From: Acetatifactor sp.
GTDB lineage: Bacteria; Bacillota; Clostridia; Lachnospirales; Lachnospiraceae
Assembly: GCA_018385425.1 (NCBI GenBank)
Contig: JAHBAA010000141.1
Location: 19,576 to 83,575, forward strand
Length of the DNA: 64,000 nucleotides
Direction of reading: 5' to 3'
A program made the translations under genes and the position numbers. Positions 38,443 through 47,614 of this stretch are shown here, one piece after another (position 1 is the first letter of the stretch; the number at the start of each line of letters is the position of its first letter). The notes under the pieces were generated by a model that was not told the DNA's origin, did not search any database, and saw only the letters and a list, made by a program, of their open reading frames with translations.

Positions 38443-38784
38443 TCAATCTCTCACATATTTCTTATCGGATTCCGGAAGGCTGTCATCAGACAGATAACGC
38501 TCCACCCTCATATGAAGATCGTATTTCTCCCTCAACGCAATGATTTTTTCCATCATGGGAGTATGGTGATGCCGGTCGATGGCTTCCTGATCCTCCCAGC
38601 GATCTATAAGCAGCACCGTCTCCGGATCCTCTGCAGGATAAAAATAAGCGTAGCAAAGATTTCCCTTTTCTTCTCTGATCCGCTGAACCGTACCGCTTTC
38701 CATCATCTCTTCGGCAAAACGTCTTGCCGAACCTTGTTCTCCTGTATAATAGATATTCACCGTTATACTCATAGTCTGTGTCAC
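38443..38784 (-). CDS. ABM-family (putative quinol monooxygenase) protein
   Basis: IREEKGNLCYAY...VLLIDRWEDQEAIDRHHHTP. Confidence 0.82.
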   Translation of the reverse strand: MTQTMSITVNIYYTGEQGSARRFAEEMMESGTVQRIREEKGNLCYAYFYPAEDPETVLLIDRWEDQEAIDRHHHTPMMEKIIALREKYDLHMRVERYLSDDSLPESDKKYVRD

Positions 38785-38795
38785 CTCTCCTTACC

Positions 38796-39587
38796 CTATG
38801 CTCTTCCACGTCCCCGAAAGCGTTCCCAACACTCGTTGGTCAGATACATCAGGTGGTATCGTACCTGTTCCAGAAGACGATTCGTCAATCTCTCATACCG
38901 ATCTGCAAACTCCTCGGGGATACCATTGACAGCCGGGAAGCTATTCCAGTAATCTGATCCCCCGAACACATCCGCTGTAAGTACCGCGCGATAAATCCTG
39001 CGAAAAGGAACAGGGACATCAGCAGGGCAGTCCTGTATCTCCTCCGGCGGCATCCTGTCCAGTGCGTAGTATGCATCCCCAAACACATCCAGATAATAGG
39101 TAAAGCCCATCTCTTTGGCGAGCTGACCGATCTCAAAAAGTGTCTGTTTGAACTCCTCTGTCCGTTCGTAATAGGCCGGTTTTTCCGTCGGCAGATTCAC
39201 CCACTCTCTCTCCTTGAAGGCAGCGAACCATCCGCCCTTCTCTCTGTTCATTGTCCAGTTGGAGGAAAAAGAGGTGATCCTCCCGCCCTTCCAATAGCAG
39301 ACGATCATTGCACCGGATCCATTGACCGCTTCTAATTCTGACCGATCTGCCGCTTCCGTGTCAATGAGAAATTTGATATCCTCAAGCTTTTGGTCCAGGC
39401 AGTAGGCAAACCAGGTTTTGACGGATTTGCAGATTCTGCACGAACGAAAGACCGGGTCTCTGGTCAGAAATGTAAACTCCATCGCAGCCACACCGTCTCC
39501 CGGACAGTCATCGATCTGTTTCCCGCTCCGAAGTGCTTTTCTGGCACTCCTGACGATACTGCTCATCTGCAGAATATCTTCGTTCAT
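38796..39587 (-). CDS. Hypothetical protein (263 aa)
   Basis: RBS GGGAGAAGG; C-terminal ADVFGGSDYWNS; no confident family. Confidence 0.7.
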   Translation of the reverse strand: MNEDILQMSSIVRSARKALRSGKQIDDCPGDGVAAMEFTFLTRDPVFRSCRICKSVKTWFAYCLDQKLEDIKFLIDTEAADRSELEAVNGSGAMIVCYWKGGRITSFSSNWTMNREKGGWFAAFKEREWVNLPTEKPAYYERTEEFKQTLFEIGQLAKEMGFTYYLDVFGDAYYALDRMPPEEIQDCPADVPVPFRRIYRAVLTADVFGGSDYWNSFPAVNGIPEEFADRYERLTNRLLEQVRYHLMYLTNECWERFRGRGRA

Positions 39588-39654
39588 CCTTCTCCCCCAT
39601 TCATCATGAGCCTGCAGGACTTCCCCGCAGGCTCAAACTTTTACTGTCTTTCTA

Positions 39655-40902
39655 TTACAGTTCTCTGTGATCAATGACGCGCTTCGTCTTCTTCTCGGAC
39701 CTGGGCAAGGTTCCCACGGGAACCACCGTGATCTTCGGCGTAACGCCGATTCTGGACTTGAACAGTTCCTTGATCCGAAGGGCAGTCTTCTCAAAGTTCA
39801 CACGTCCTTCTGCCTCACAGGTCACCAGCATCACATCACGATTCTTCTCGTCATCATGGGCAATGTTGATGTTGTACTCGCTGGAAACGCCATCCACCAG
39901 AGAAAGCAGCTCCTCCACCTGGCTGGGGAACATATTCACGCCGTGGACCTTGAACATATCATCACTTCTGCCCTTGATGATATCGATTCTGGGATACTTC
40001 TTACATCTGTCGCAATGGCAGGGTTCCGGAACGATGCGAGAGATATCGTGGGTTCTAAAGCGAAGCAGGGGTGCCCCCTCCTTCACCAGCGTGGTGATGA
40101 CGATCTCACCCTCCTCCCCATCGGGTACGGGCTTGCCGGTCTTAGGGTCGATGATCTCGATATAGATGAAATCATCCCAATAATGCATGGCAGTCTCCCC
40201 CGTACAGTTGATACCGATACCGGGACCGTATATTTCCGTCAGGCCATAGATATCATACAGTTCGATTCCCAGTCTGTCCTTAATATTCTTGCGCATCTTG
40301 TCGCTCCAGCGCTCGGAACCGATGACCCCCTTCTTCAGGCAGATCTGATCCTTGATTCCTCTCTGTTCGATCTCTTCCGAGAGCAGAAGTGCGTAGGAGG
40401 ATGTGGCACAAAGCACTGTTGACTTTAAGTCCACCATCATCTGCAGCTGCTTATCCGTGTTGCCCGGGCCCATGGGAATGGCCATAGCACCAAGCTTCTC
40501 ACAGCCCAGCTGAAAACCGATGCCGGCAGTCCACAGACCATAGCCGGGTGTAATGTGAATGCGATCGCTCTTCGTGATCCCTGCCGTCTCGTAGCATCTG
40601 GCAAACATGGTTGCCCAGTCGTCCACGTCCTTGGCGGTATAAGGAATGATCACCGGCTTTCCTGTGGTACCGGAGGAGGAGTGGATCCTCACGATCTCCT
40701 CGTCCGGAACGGCCTGAATTCCCAACGGGTACGCATTGCGCAGGTCATCCTTGCTGGAGAAGGGCAGCGCCTCGAACTCCTCAACACTGCTCACACCGGT
40801 GATGCCCGCCTCCCGATAGATTTTTCCGTAATAGCTGTCAGTAGAAAGAAGTCTCTTGACCTGAGCATCTACCTGACGAAGCTGAGTCTCATTCAATCTC
40901 AT
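39655..40902 (-). CDS. paaK: Phenylacetate-CoA ligase family (aryl-acid CoA ligase)
   Basis: VRIHSSSGTTGKP, YGLWTAGIG, GSERWS, YGLTEIYGPG, LLRFRTHDIS and GRSDDMFKVHGVNMFPSQVE. Confidence 0.9.
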   Translation of the reverse strand: MRLNETQLRQVDAQVKRLLSTDSYYGKIYREAGITGVSSVEEFEALPFSSKDDLRNAYPLGIQAVPDEEIVRIHSSSGTTGKPVIIPYTAKDVDDWATMFARCYETAGITKSDRIHITPGYGLWTAGIGFQLGCEKLGAMAIPMGPGNTDKQLQMMVDLKSTVLCATSSYALLLSEEIEQRGIKDQICLKKGVIGSERWSDKMRKNIKDRLGIELYDIYGLTEIYGPGIGINCTGETAMHYWDDFIYIEIIDPKTGKPVPDGEEGEIVITTLVKEGAPLLRFRTHDISRIVPEPCHCDRCKKYPRIDIIKGRSDDMFKVHGVNMFPSQVEELLSLVDGVSSEYNINIAHDDEKNRDVMLVTCEAEGRVNFEKTALRIKELFKSRIGVTPKITVVPVGTLPRSEKKTKRVIDHREL

Positions 40903-40991
40903 TGTTATTTCGTCCCCTCTTTTTCTTATGATCGGTCCTCTTCCAGTACCCTTCCATCCCCGCCTGGAAATGGAGGTTGTACCGAAACTGC

Positions 40992-41570
40992 CTATCTTGC
41001 AGCTGCCATACCCGCGCGAAAGGCCATCAGGTTCGCTTCCACGAATTTCTCCGGCACTCTCGCCCTGATCTGTTCTTCCACAGAAGCAGGCGCAATTCCA
41101 AGTTCTCCCGATCCTGCGGCTACACCCAACAGGCAGACGTTGAAATACTTTGTGCTTCCGAACTCCTTGCACAGGTCTTCCGAATTCACCACGATCACGC
41201 GGCATTTTCCGCGCAGATACGCAATCATCTCTTTCCCGTCATAACCGGTCTCCTGCAGGGATTCGGTGGTAGGCTTCACAGGAACTTCGTTGACGATCAC
41301 CAGTCCGCCCTGCTTTAAATAGGACAGATTGCGCACCGCCTCCGCAGGCTCAAAGGCGAGCAGCACATCGCACTTTCCCTTGGGAATCAGGGGGGAGGAT
41401 GCCTCACCGATTCTGACATGGCTGGTGACGGAGCCGCCTCGCTGCGCCATACCGATGGTCTCAGCTGAGTGCACGGTACAGCCCTCCTCCATGGCTGCGG
41501 ATGCAATCAGCTTGGAGGCCAGGACGGTTCCCTGACCACCCACTCCACAAATCAAAATATCTTTCTTCAT
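40992..41570 (-). CDS. iorB: Indolepyruvate:ferredoxin oxidoreductase beta subunit
   Basis: ICGVGGQGTVLASK, ETIGMAQRGGSVTSHVRIG and FEPAEA. Confidence 0.93.
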   Translation of the reverse strand: MKKDILICGVGGQGTVLASKLIASAAMEEGCTVHSAETIGMAQRGGSVTSHVRIGEASSPLIPKGKCDVLLAFEPAEAVRNLSYLKQGGLVIVNEVPVKPTTESLQETGYDGKEMIAYLRGKCRVIVVNSEDLCKEFGSTKYFNVCLLGVAAGSGELGIAPASVEEQIRARVPEKFVEANLMAFRAGMAAAR

Positions 41571-43378
41571 GCTCTCCCTCCCTCTTCGATGCTGATAGCC
41601 CGGGTAGGGCACAGCTGTGCACAAAGGTTACAGCCGGTACACAGATTCTTGTCAATGGTCACCGCACCGTCTGCAATCACGATGGCAGGACAGCCGATCT
41701 CACGAATACATTTTCTGCAGCGGATACACTTCTCGTTGATCACTGCCTTCTTCGTACTCTTTGAAATTGCAATACAGGGAGACTTGAAGATGATCGCCTT
41801 CACACCCTTTTCTGCCACCGCTCTCTTCACTGTATCCACCGCTGCAGACAGATCCAGCGGATCCACCGTCTCCACGAAGGTCAGGCCAATGCCGCGAAGG
41901 ATCTTTTCGATGCTGACCTTCTCCACGATGTCTCCCATCATATTGCGACCGGTGCCGGGATGAGGCTGGTGTCCGGTCATGGCAGTGGTGGAGTTATCCA
42001 GCACGCAGAGCACCATATCGGCCTCGTTGTAAACGGCATTTACCACGCCGGTCATACCGGAGGCAAAGAAGGTAGAGTCACCGATAAATGCAAAGGCGGC
42101 ACCATCCATGGCTTCGTCTACCCAGTGGAAGCCTTGCGCCATGGTCACACCTGCCCCCATACACAGACAGGTATCACACATATCCAGAGGCATTGCATTG
42201 CCCAGGGTATAGCAGCCGATATCGCCGCAGAAATAACTTCTTCTGCCCTTCATTGCCTGCTTCACCGCGTAGAAGGACGCTCTGTGCGGACATCCGGCGC
42301 AGAGCACGGGAGGTCTCACGGGAAGCGCAGGGGCGTCTTTCGGGACAATCTGCTCTTTTCCTGTGTCCAACCCCAGGAAAGCACCGAGTATTGCCTCAGC
42401 AGACTCACAGGAATTTTCCCCTGCGGCGGGCACATGGCCGGAAAGCTTTCCATACACCTTCAGCTTCAGTCCGTACTTGCCGATCACCTTTAACAGTTCC
42501 TCCTCCAGGAAGGGACTCAACTCCTCAAATACCAGAACCTCTTCCACTCCTTCGAGCGCTTCCCGCACAAACTTCTCCGGGAAGGGATAGGGCGTACCGA
42601 TCTTCATCAGCCGCACATCCCTGTGATCCTGCAAAAACTCTTTTGCATAGGCATAACTCACACCGCCGGTGAGGACCGCCTTTCCGGAACAGCCCGGTGT
42701 GTAAGTGTTCCACTCTGTGTCAGAGAAATCCTCTCCGATCTGAGGATTGCGCCGTTCGATCATGGAATGATTGGCGAAGGAAAGTCTTGGGAAGATCACC
42801 CAGCGCTTTGCATCCTTCACGAAGCCCTCATACTCCTTTGGCCGGAAGCATTCCGGCACCTCGATATTGGCATAGGCATGGCAGATCCTGGTAGTAGGAC
42901 GGAACAATACCGGTGTATGGTACTTCTCTGAAACCTCAAACGCTTCCTGAATCATCAAAAAAGCCTCTTCGGGTGAGGTGGGATCAAACACGGGAATTCT
43001 GGCAAACTCCGCAAAGCGCCTGGTATCCTGTTCCGTCTGAGAAGAGATCGGGCCGGGGTCATCTGCGGACACGATCACCATTCCTCCCTTGACCCCTACA
43101 TAAGCCAATGACATCAGGGGGTCAGATGCTACATTCAATCCAACCTGCTTCATGGTCACTAAAGTTCTGGCACCGGCGTAGGCTGCACTTGCGGCCACCT
43201 CCATGGCAGCCTTCTCATTCACGGACCACTCCAGATGAACCCCTCTGTGGGGATACTTGCCGATGGTCTCAATAATCTCCGAGGAAGGAGTGCCGGGATA
43301 CCCCGTCACCACATTGACTCCTGCTGCCAATGCGCCCAGGGCAATCGCACCATTCCCCATTACGTATTCTCTCTTCAT
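41567..43378 (-). CDS. iorA: Indolepyruvate:ferredoxin oxidoreductase alpha subunit
   Basis: GYPGTPSSE, WSVNEKAA, SQTEQD, RPPVLCAGCPHR, GDIGCYTLG, GDSTF and C-terminal ferredoxin CIRCRKC / CTGCNLC. Confidence 0.95.
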   Translation of the reverse strand: MKREYVMGNGAIALGALAAGVNVVTGYPGTPSSEIIETIGKYPHRGVHLEWSVNEKAAMEVAASAAYAGARTLVTMKQVGLNVASDPLMSLAYVGVKGGMVIVSADDPGPISSQTEQDTRRFAEFARIPVFDPTSPEEAFLMIQEAFEVSEKYHTPVLFRPTTRICHAYANIEVPECFRPKEYEGFVKDAKRWVIFPRLSFANHSMIERRNPQIGEDFSDTEWNTYTPGCSGKAVLTGGVSYAYAKEFLQDHRDVRLMKIGTPYPFPEKFVREALEGVEEVLVFEELSPFLEEELLKVIGKYGLKLKVYGKLSGHVPAAGENSCESAEAILGAFLGLDTGKEQIVPKDAPALPVRPPVLCAGCPHRASFYAVKQAMKGRRSYFCGDIGCYTLGNAMPLDMCDTCLCMGAGVTMAQGFHWVDEAMDGAAFAFIGDSTFFASGMTGVVNAVYNEADMVLCVLDNSTTAMTGHQPHPGTGRNMMGDIVEKVSIEKILRGIGLTFVETVDPLDLSAAVDTVKRAVAEKGVKAIIFKSPCIAISKSTKKAVINEKCIRCRKCIREIGCPAIVIADGAVTIDKNLCTGCNLCAQLCPTRAISIEEGGRA

Positions 43379-43413
43379 AGTTACTCCTTTGCGACAAAAA
43401 ACTATCCTATTCC

Positions 43414-43441
43414 ATTATAGAGAAAATACGGGGGATTGCAA
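43414..43441 (-). promoter_or_regulatory. sigma-A type promoter of iorA
   Basis: Minus strand TTGCAA-16 nt-TATAAT. Confidence 0.55.
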
Positions 43442-43460
43442 GAAAATATTGATAACTTGC

Positions 43461-44465
43461 TCAGACAACGTACCTCCACAGATTGCGGATCTGAGACCGT
43501 ATCTCGGAGAAATCCCAGAGCATTTCACTCTTTGCCCTGCTGTTGGGATCTCGCACCAGGATCTTCCCGTCCTTTACCCCGGCAAGCACAATGAAGTGCC
43601 CCTGGGCGGTAAAGGTACCCTTTCGCATACTGCAGACGATCGGATGACCCTGTTCCAGCTCCCTGAGAACCATATCCTCGTCCAGGGCAACCTCTTTTGC
43701 GGAAAGGCCGAAATGCCTGGCACCCTCTGTCAGAAAGCTCCAATCGGTACCGATTCCGTTCAGATAATACCCTTTTTCATCTGCATAGGAGGCAACTGCA
43801 TTCGGTGTCGCATTGGTATCGCCCGTTAAGCCGATGATCACCATGGACAGGCAGGTCGGCGCACATCCGGAGACCGCAATCAAGCTCTCCCCATATCCAC
43901 AGGCTCCCCATCTTTCATCGAACTGTAAAAGAAGCGGGATCCCCTCTGACTTCTTTTCTTCCTCTGAGAGAGAAATCGGCTGCAGCTTCGGAGGTTCCGT
44001 CCGATTGTCCTCCAACAGGCTTAAGGCGAAGGGCAGAATCTCCGGATTGTTGCAGGCTGCTGACAACAGATCCTCCGACAACGAGGCTCTGTTCTGGAAA
44101 AGCCTTCGGTAGTCATCGGAAAGCTCAGCCAACTCCTTCAGCCTCTTCTCCAGTTCTCTTCCCTCATATTTGACCGGATGAAACAGATCGATGCCCAGTT
44201 CTTCTGCAGACGGATACTCGCCCTCTGTCAGTCCGTTGCCTGAGTCAGGTGTTTTCGGGCTGTTTTCCCTGCCGATCTCATGTCCTGTCTCTTCGCCCGG
44301 CCGCTTTTCGTCCACAACCGTGACTTCCGCAGAGCTGCTTTCTTTTTCCGGGCTTATCACTGCGATCAACAATAACAAAGCTGCAATTACAGCCATCTGA
44401 ATGCACAATACATACCGCTGTAACTGCAGTTTTTTTTGATATCGGTTCCTCTCCTCACGTCTCAT
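43461..44465 (-). CDS. Membrane-anchored C39-like (papain-fold) cysteine peptidase
   Basis: N-terminal TM, acidic linker, then LLQFDERWG...SGCAPTCLSM (Cys), GHFIVL (His) and VRDPNS (Asp). Confidence 0.82.
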   Translation of the reverse strand: MRREERNRYQKKLQLQRYVLCIQMAVIAALLLLIAVISPEKESSSAEVTVVDEKRPGEETGHEIGRENSPKTPDSGNGLTEGEYPSAEELGIDLFHPVKYEGRELEKRLKELAELSDDYRRLFQNRASLSEDLLSAACNNPEILPFALSLLEDNRTEPPKLQPISLSEEEKKSEGIPLLLQFDERWGACGYGESLIAVSGCAPTCLSMVIIGLTGDTNATPNAVASYADEKGYYLNGIGTDWSFLTEGARHFGLSAKEVALDEDMVLRELEQGHPIVCSMRKGTFTAQGHFIVLAGVKDGKILVRDPNSRAKSEMLWDFSEIRSQIRNLWRYVV

Positions 44466-44506
44466 CGTTCTCTTTCTCTCCTCCCAGCACCATTGGTACG
44501 AAGAGA

Positions 44507-44560
44507 ATACTAAGAGCTCTCTGCATCCTTCCTGTTTAGAAGATGTATCTTTTCTGCATC
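44507..44560 (-). promoter_or_regulatory. Four tandem 11-bp-period boxes plus -10 upstream of the C39 gene (candidate response-regulator site)
   Basis: Minus strand GATGCA-5-GATACA-5-TAAACA-5-GATGCA-9-TAGTAT (box starts on the plus strand at 44555, 44544, 44533, 44522). Confidence 0.65.
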
Positions 44561-44563
44561 CGA

Positions 44564-45415
44564 TTAATCTAAGGGCATCAGCTGCCCTGTTTCAAAAAAT
44601 CCGAGACGCACCATCACCCGCTCTTCATAAGGCACATACTCCAACAAAAAGATGACCCCGTCGATATTGACGATGTTGGAGACTTCGCTTTCCGTCACTG
44701 TGCCGGAATAGATGTAATCACCGGTGGGGATCCCGTAGTTGGAGGGCAGAAGTTCGGGCAGCATGGCCTGATTGTATTGAAACAGTTCCCATCGAAGACT
44801 GTCCTGCTTCAGGGCAATCTTGTTCTTATCCTTGCCCACATCCACTGCGATCTGCATATTCCCGTCGTTCACTTCCACATATTTCTCCATGGAAAAAAAG
44901 TCCTCCGCGGCACTCTCTGTCAGCATTTGAAGACGCACCGCCACACCGGTATCCGGATCCATCAGCATGGACACATCCTGAAACTGAAGCTGGTACCAGA
45001 CCATGCCGCTGCAGTCATCGTTGCTGATGATCGTATACTCATAGACCGCCTGAAGAGACTCCTCGGTAAGCTCCGGAAACGAGTGAAACCACTGCAGATT
45101 GGACAGTGTTTCAAGCTGCTTCTGGGCACTTGCCGTGAATTTCTTCCGCATTTCGTCAGTGATGACCACCTTTTTCTGCTGTACCTGCTTGGATGCGAAG
45201 CTCTTCTCCAGTGTCTCGATCTTCTCCCACAGATCTGCAAATTCCCTCTGATATAATGTCACGTTCAAGTCGATGGTGCTGCTCCTCTCCTCCAGAGTTC
45301 GCTGCATCCATTTTGAGCTTACAACCGGAAGCAAGAAAGCAGACAACAGTATGATCATCGCCAGAAGAAAAAAATTGATTCGATTGATTTTCCTCATGGG
45401 TTCTTTCCTTTCCAT
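44564..45415 (-). CDS. Membrane-anchored hypothetical protein, third gene of the two-component operon
   Basis: Basic N-terminus plus TM (FFLLAMIILLSAFLLPVV), coiled coil, then a beta-rich C-terminal region; 18 bp after the kinase stop. Confidence 0.7.
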   Translation of the reverse strand: MERKEPMRKINRINFFLLAMIILLSAFLLPVVSSKWMQRTLEERSSTIDLNVTLYQREFADLWEKIETLEKSFASKQVQQKKVVITDEMRKKFTASAQKQLETLSNLQWFHSFPELTEESLQAVYEYTIISNDDCSGMVWYQLQFQDVSMLMDPDTGVAVRLQMLTESAAEDFFSMEKYVEVNDGNMQIAVDVGKDKNKIALKQDSLRWELFQYNQAMLPELLPSNYGIPTGDYIYSGTVTESEVSNIVNIDGVIFLLEYVPYEERVMVRLGFFETGQLMPLD

Positions 45416-45433
45416 AGACCTCCTTCCGATCCG

Positions 45434-46825
45434 TTACACCTCCGGAATCACCACCGTGATGTTCGTACCCTCTCCCACCGTACTTTCCACCTCCAGCTTC
45501 CAGCCATGAACCCTGACGATTTCTGTGCAGAGTGCCAGACCCAGTCCGGCACCGCCTTCACGCCTGGCTCTGGACTTGTCCACCATATAGAAGGCCTGGG
45601 TGATCTTACTGACCTCGCTCTCCGGGATGCCGCAGCCATTGTCGGAAACGGTGATGCGATAGCTCCTTAGCTTTTTTCGGTCCCGCAGCAGGGTTCCGGT
45701 GACGCTGATCCTGCCTCCCGGCTCCACTGCCTTTCTGGCATTGTCCACCAGATTCACAAGCAGTGACACAGCCAGTTCAAAATCACCGTTTACACTGCAG
45801 TCCTCCCCCTTGCAGTGCAGCGTAATATTCTTTTGCTGCAGGGAGAGCTTGCAGATATCCGCCATTTCCTCAAAAAGCCTCCTGACGCGAAAGGACTGAA
45901 AATCTATCTTCTGATGACTGATACCGGAAAGCATCAGCATCTTTTTCGACAGAGACTCCAGACGTTTACCCTGCCGGTTAATAAATTCCGCACAGACCCT
46001 GCGTTCCTCCGGCTCCAGCTCCATGGTATTCATCATCTCGCTGTAGCCGATGATCGATGTCAGCGGAGTCTTCAGCTCGTGGGCAAAGGCTCCCGTAAAG
46101 TTCTCCAGTTTTTCGATGTTTTCCCGAATGGAATCCGCCATATGGTTGAAATGTTTCGACAGCTCTGCCAGCTCATCCTCGCCCCGAAGAGAAACTCTCG
46201 CATCCAGCCTCCCTTCAGAGAACTCATTGGTGGCGTGGATCAGGCGCTCAATGGGACGGGTAATGCTTCTGGAGATCAGTCCTCCCACCAGCAGGCTGAA
46301 CAACAGCATGCCTCCCAGCACGCAGGCATAGATCCGAAGCAGCTGATTCTGCGTCTCATAGAGATACTCGATATTATGATATCTCTCCAGGGTCAGCCTC
46401 CCCGGCTCCACTTCTTTACACATGACGCTCTCAATATAGTGAATACCGTCGATCGATCGGATTCTGACGATCCCCTGTGTATCCGTCAGCTTCTCCTCTT
46501 CCATCGGCACGGAAAGCCCCGCCCGCTCAAAGATCAGCTTATCGTCCAGCCACACATTGATATGATCCGCTTTGTCATCGGTATTCTCATAGATATTTCG
46601 GATGATCGTCCAGAGTGTATCCTCCCGGAGCACCACATTTTCGTCCAGACCTCTCAGGGATGCCTCCAGAGAATATCGAAACAGCCAGAGCTCCTTCTCA
46701 TTCTGCTCCATCATCTTGTCCAGATTGATGCGAAAGGTGACACAAAGAATGATACTGCCCAGGAGAGACATGCTGAATGCAGCCAGCATAAAGATACTCA
46801 AAAATTGCTTCCAAAAGATTTTCAC
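45434..46825 (-). CDS. HAMP-domain sensor histidine kinase
   Basis: Two TMs, HAMP, H-box FAHELKTPLTSI, N-box NLVDNA, DNGCGI and GAGLGL. Confidence 0.95.
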   Translation of the reverse strand: MKIFWKQFLSIFMLAAFSMSLLGSIILCVTFRINLDKMMEQNEKELWLFRYSLEASLRGLDENVVLREDTLWTIIRNIYENTDDKADHINVWLDDKLIFERAGLSVPMEEEKLTDTQGIVRIRSIDGIHYIESVMCKEVEPGRLTLERYHNIEYLYETQNQLLRIYACVLGGMLLFSLLVGGLISRSITRPIERLIHATNEFSEGRLDARVSLRGEDELAELSKHFNHMADSIRENIEKLENFTGAFAHELKTPLTSIIGYSEMMNTMELEPEERRVCAEFINRQGKRLESLSKKMLMLSGISHQKIDFQSFRVRRLFEEMADICKLSLQQKNITLHCKGEDCSVNGDFELAVSLLVNLVDNARKAVEPGGRISVTGTLLRDRKKLRSYRITVSDNGCGIPESEVSKITQAFYMVDKSRARREGGAGLGLALCTEIVRVHGWKLEVESTVGEGTNITVVIPEV

Positions 46826-47484
46826 TTCACTTCTCCCGTCAGTCGGTAACCGATCTTATAGACTGAAACGATCTCCTTCTCCAGCCCGATCTTTCTGCGC
46901 AGTCTCTGCACGTGCAGATCCACCGTTCTGCTGTCCCCCAGGTACTCGCTCTCCCATACCTTCTCATAGATCACATGGCGATACAGTGCGATATTGGGAT
47001 TTTGCAGGAACAGAAACAACAGATCAAATTCCTTGCAGGTCAGTTCCACGGGAACACCGTTCTTCGTCACTTCCCTGCTTTGCACATTCATGGTCAGATC
47101 CTGAAAGGTGTAAAACATTTTTCCTTTGTTTCGTCTTCTGAGCACGGCCTCCACTCTGGCGAGCAGTTCCAGGATCTCAAAGGGTTTTGTGATATAATCC
47201 TCCGCCCCTGCCCGAAGCCCCGTCACCTTATCCATGGTCTTGTCCTTCGCCGTCAGAAAGATGACCGGAAGATCCATGGTTGACGCATAGGAAAGCAGTT
47301 CATACCCATCCGGTCCCGGAATCATGATATCAAAGATCCCCAGATCAAAGTTTTCCGCCTCCATCAGGTCGGCGGCCTTCTGTCCGTCCGGTGCCACAGT
47401 GCAGCTGTATCCCGCACGTTTCAGATTCATATATAAAAGATTTGCAATCGCCTCATCATCTTCCGCTATCAGTATTTTGTTCAT
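46822..47484 (-). CDS. OmpR/PhoB-family response regulator
   Basis: ILIAEDD, FDIMIPG (phospho-Asp), FLTAK, DYITKPF, and winged helix RTVDLHVQRLRRK...VYKIGYR. Confidence 0.95.
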   Translation of the reverse strand: MNKILIAEDDEAIANLLYMNLKRAGYSCTVAPDGQKAADLMEAENFDLGIFDIMIPGPDGYELLSYASTMDLPVIFLTAKDKTMDKVTGLRAGAEDYITKPFEILELLARVEAVLRRRNKGKMFYTFQDLTMNVQSREVTKNGVPVELTCKEFDLLFLFLQNPNIALYRHVIYEKVWESEYLGDSRTVDLHVQRLRRKIGLEKEIVSVYKIGYRLTGEVK

Positions 47485-47518
47485 ATCCGTCCCCTCGTTC
47501 CATTGCTGTTTCAATGGA

Positions 47519-47550
47519 ATCCTATGGTGAAAGTGTATCCATTTTGTATC
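47519..47550 (-). promoter_or_regulatory. Tandem GATACA boxes plus -10 upstream of the response regulator (candidate autoregulatory site)
   Basis: Minus strand GATACA-5-GATACA-9-TAGGAT. Confidence 0.65.
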
Positions 47551-47555
47551 ATCGA

Positions 47556-47592
47556 AAAATCCCTGCCGGACAGGCTGTCTTGTCCGGCAGGG
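47556..47592 (-). terminator. Intrinsic terminator after rsgA
   Basis: CCCTGCCGGACA / TGTCCGGCAGGG stem followed by ATTTTT on the minus strand. Confidence 0.8.
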
Positions 47593-47614
47593 TCAGAATC
47601 TCCGATAAGGATCG

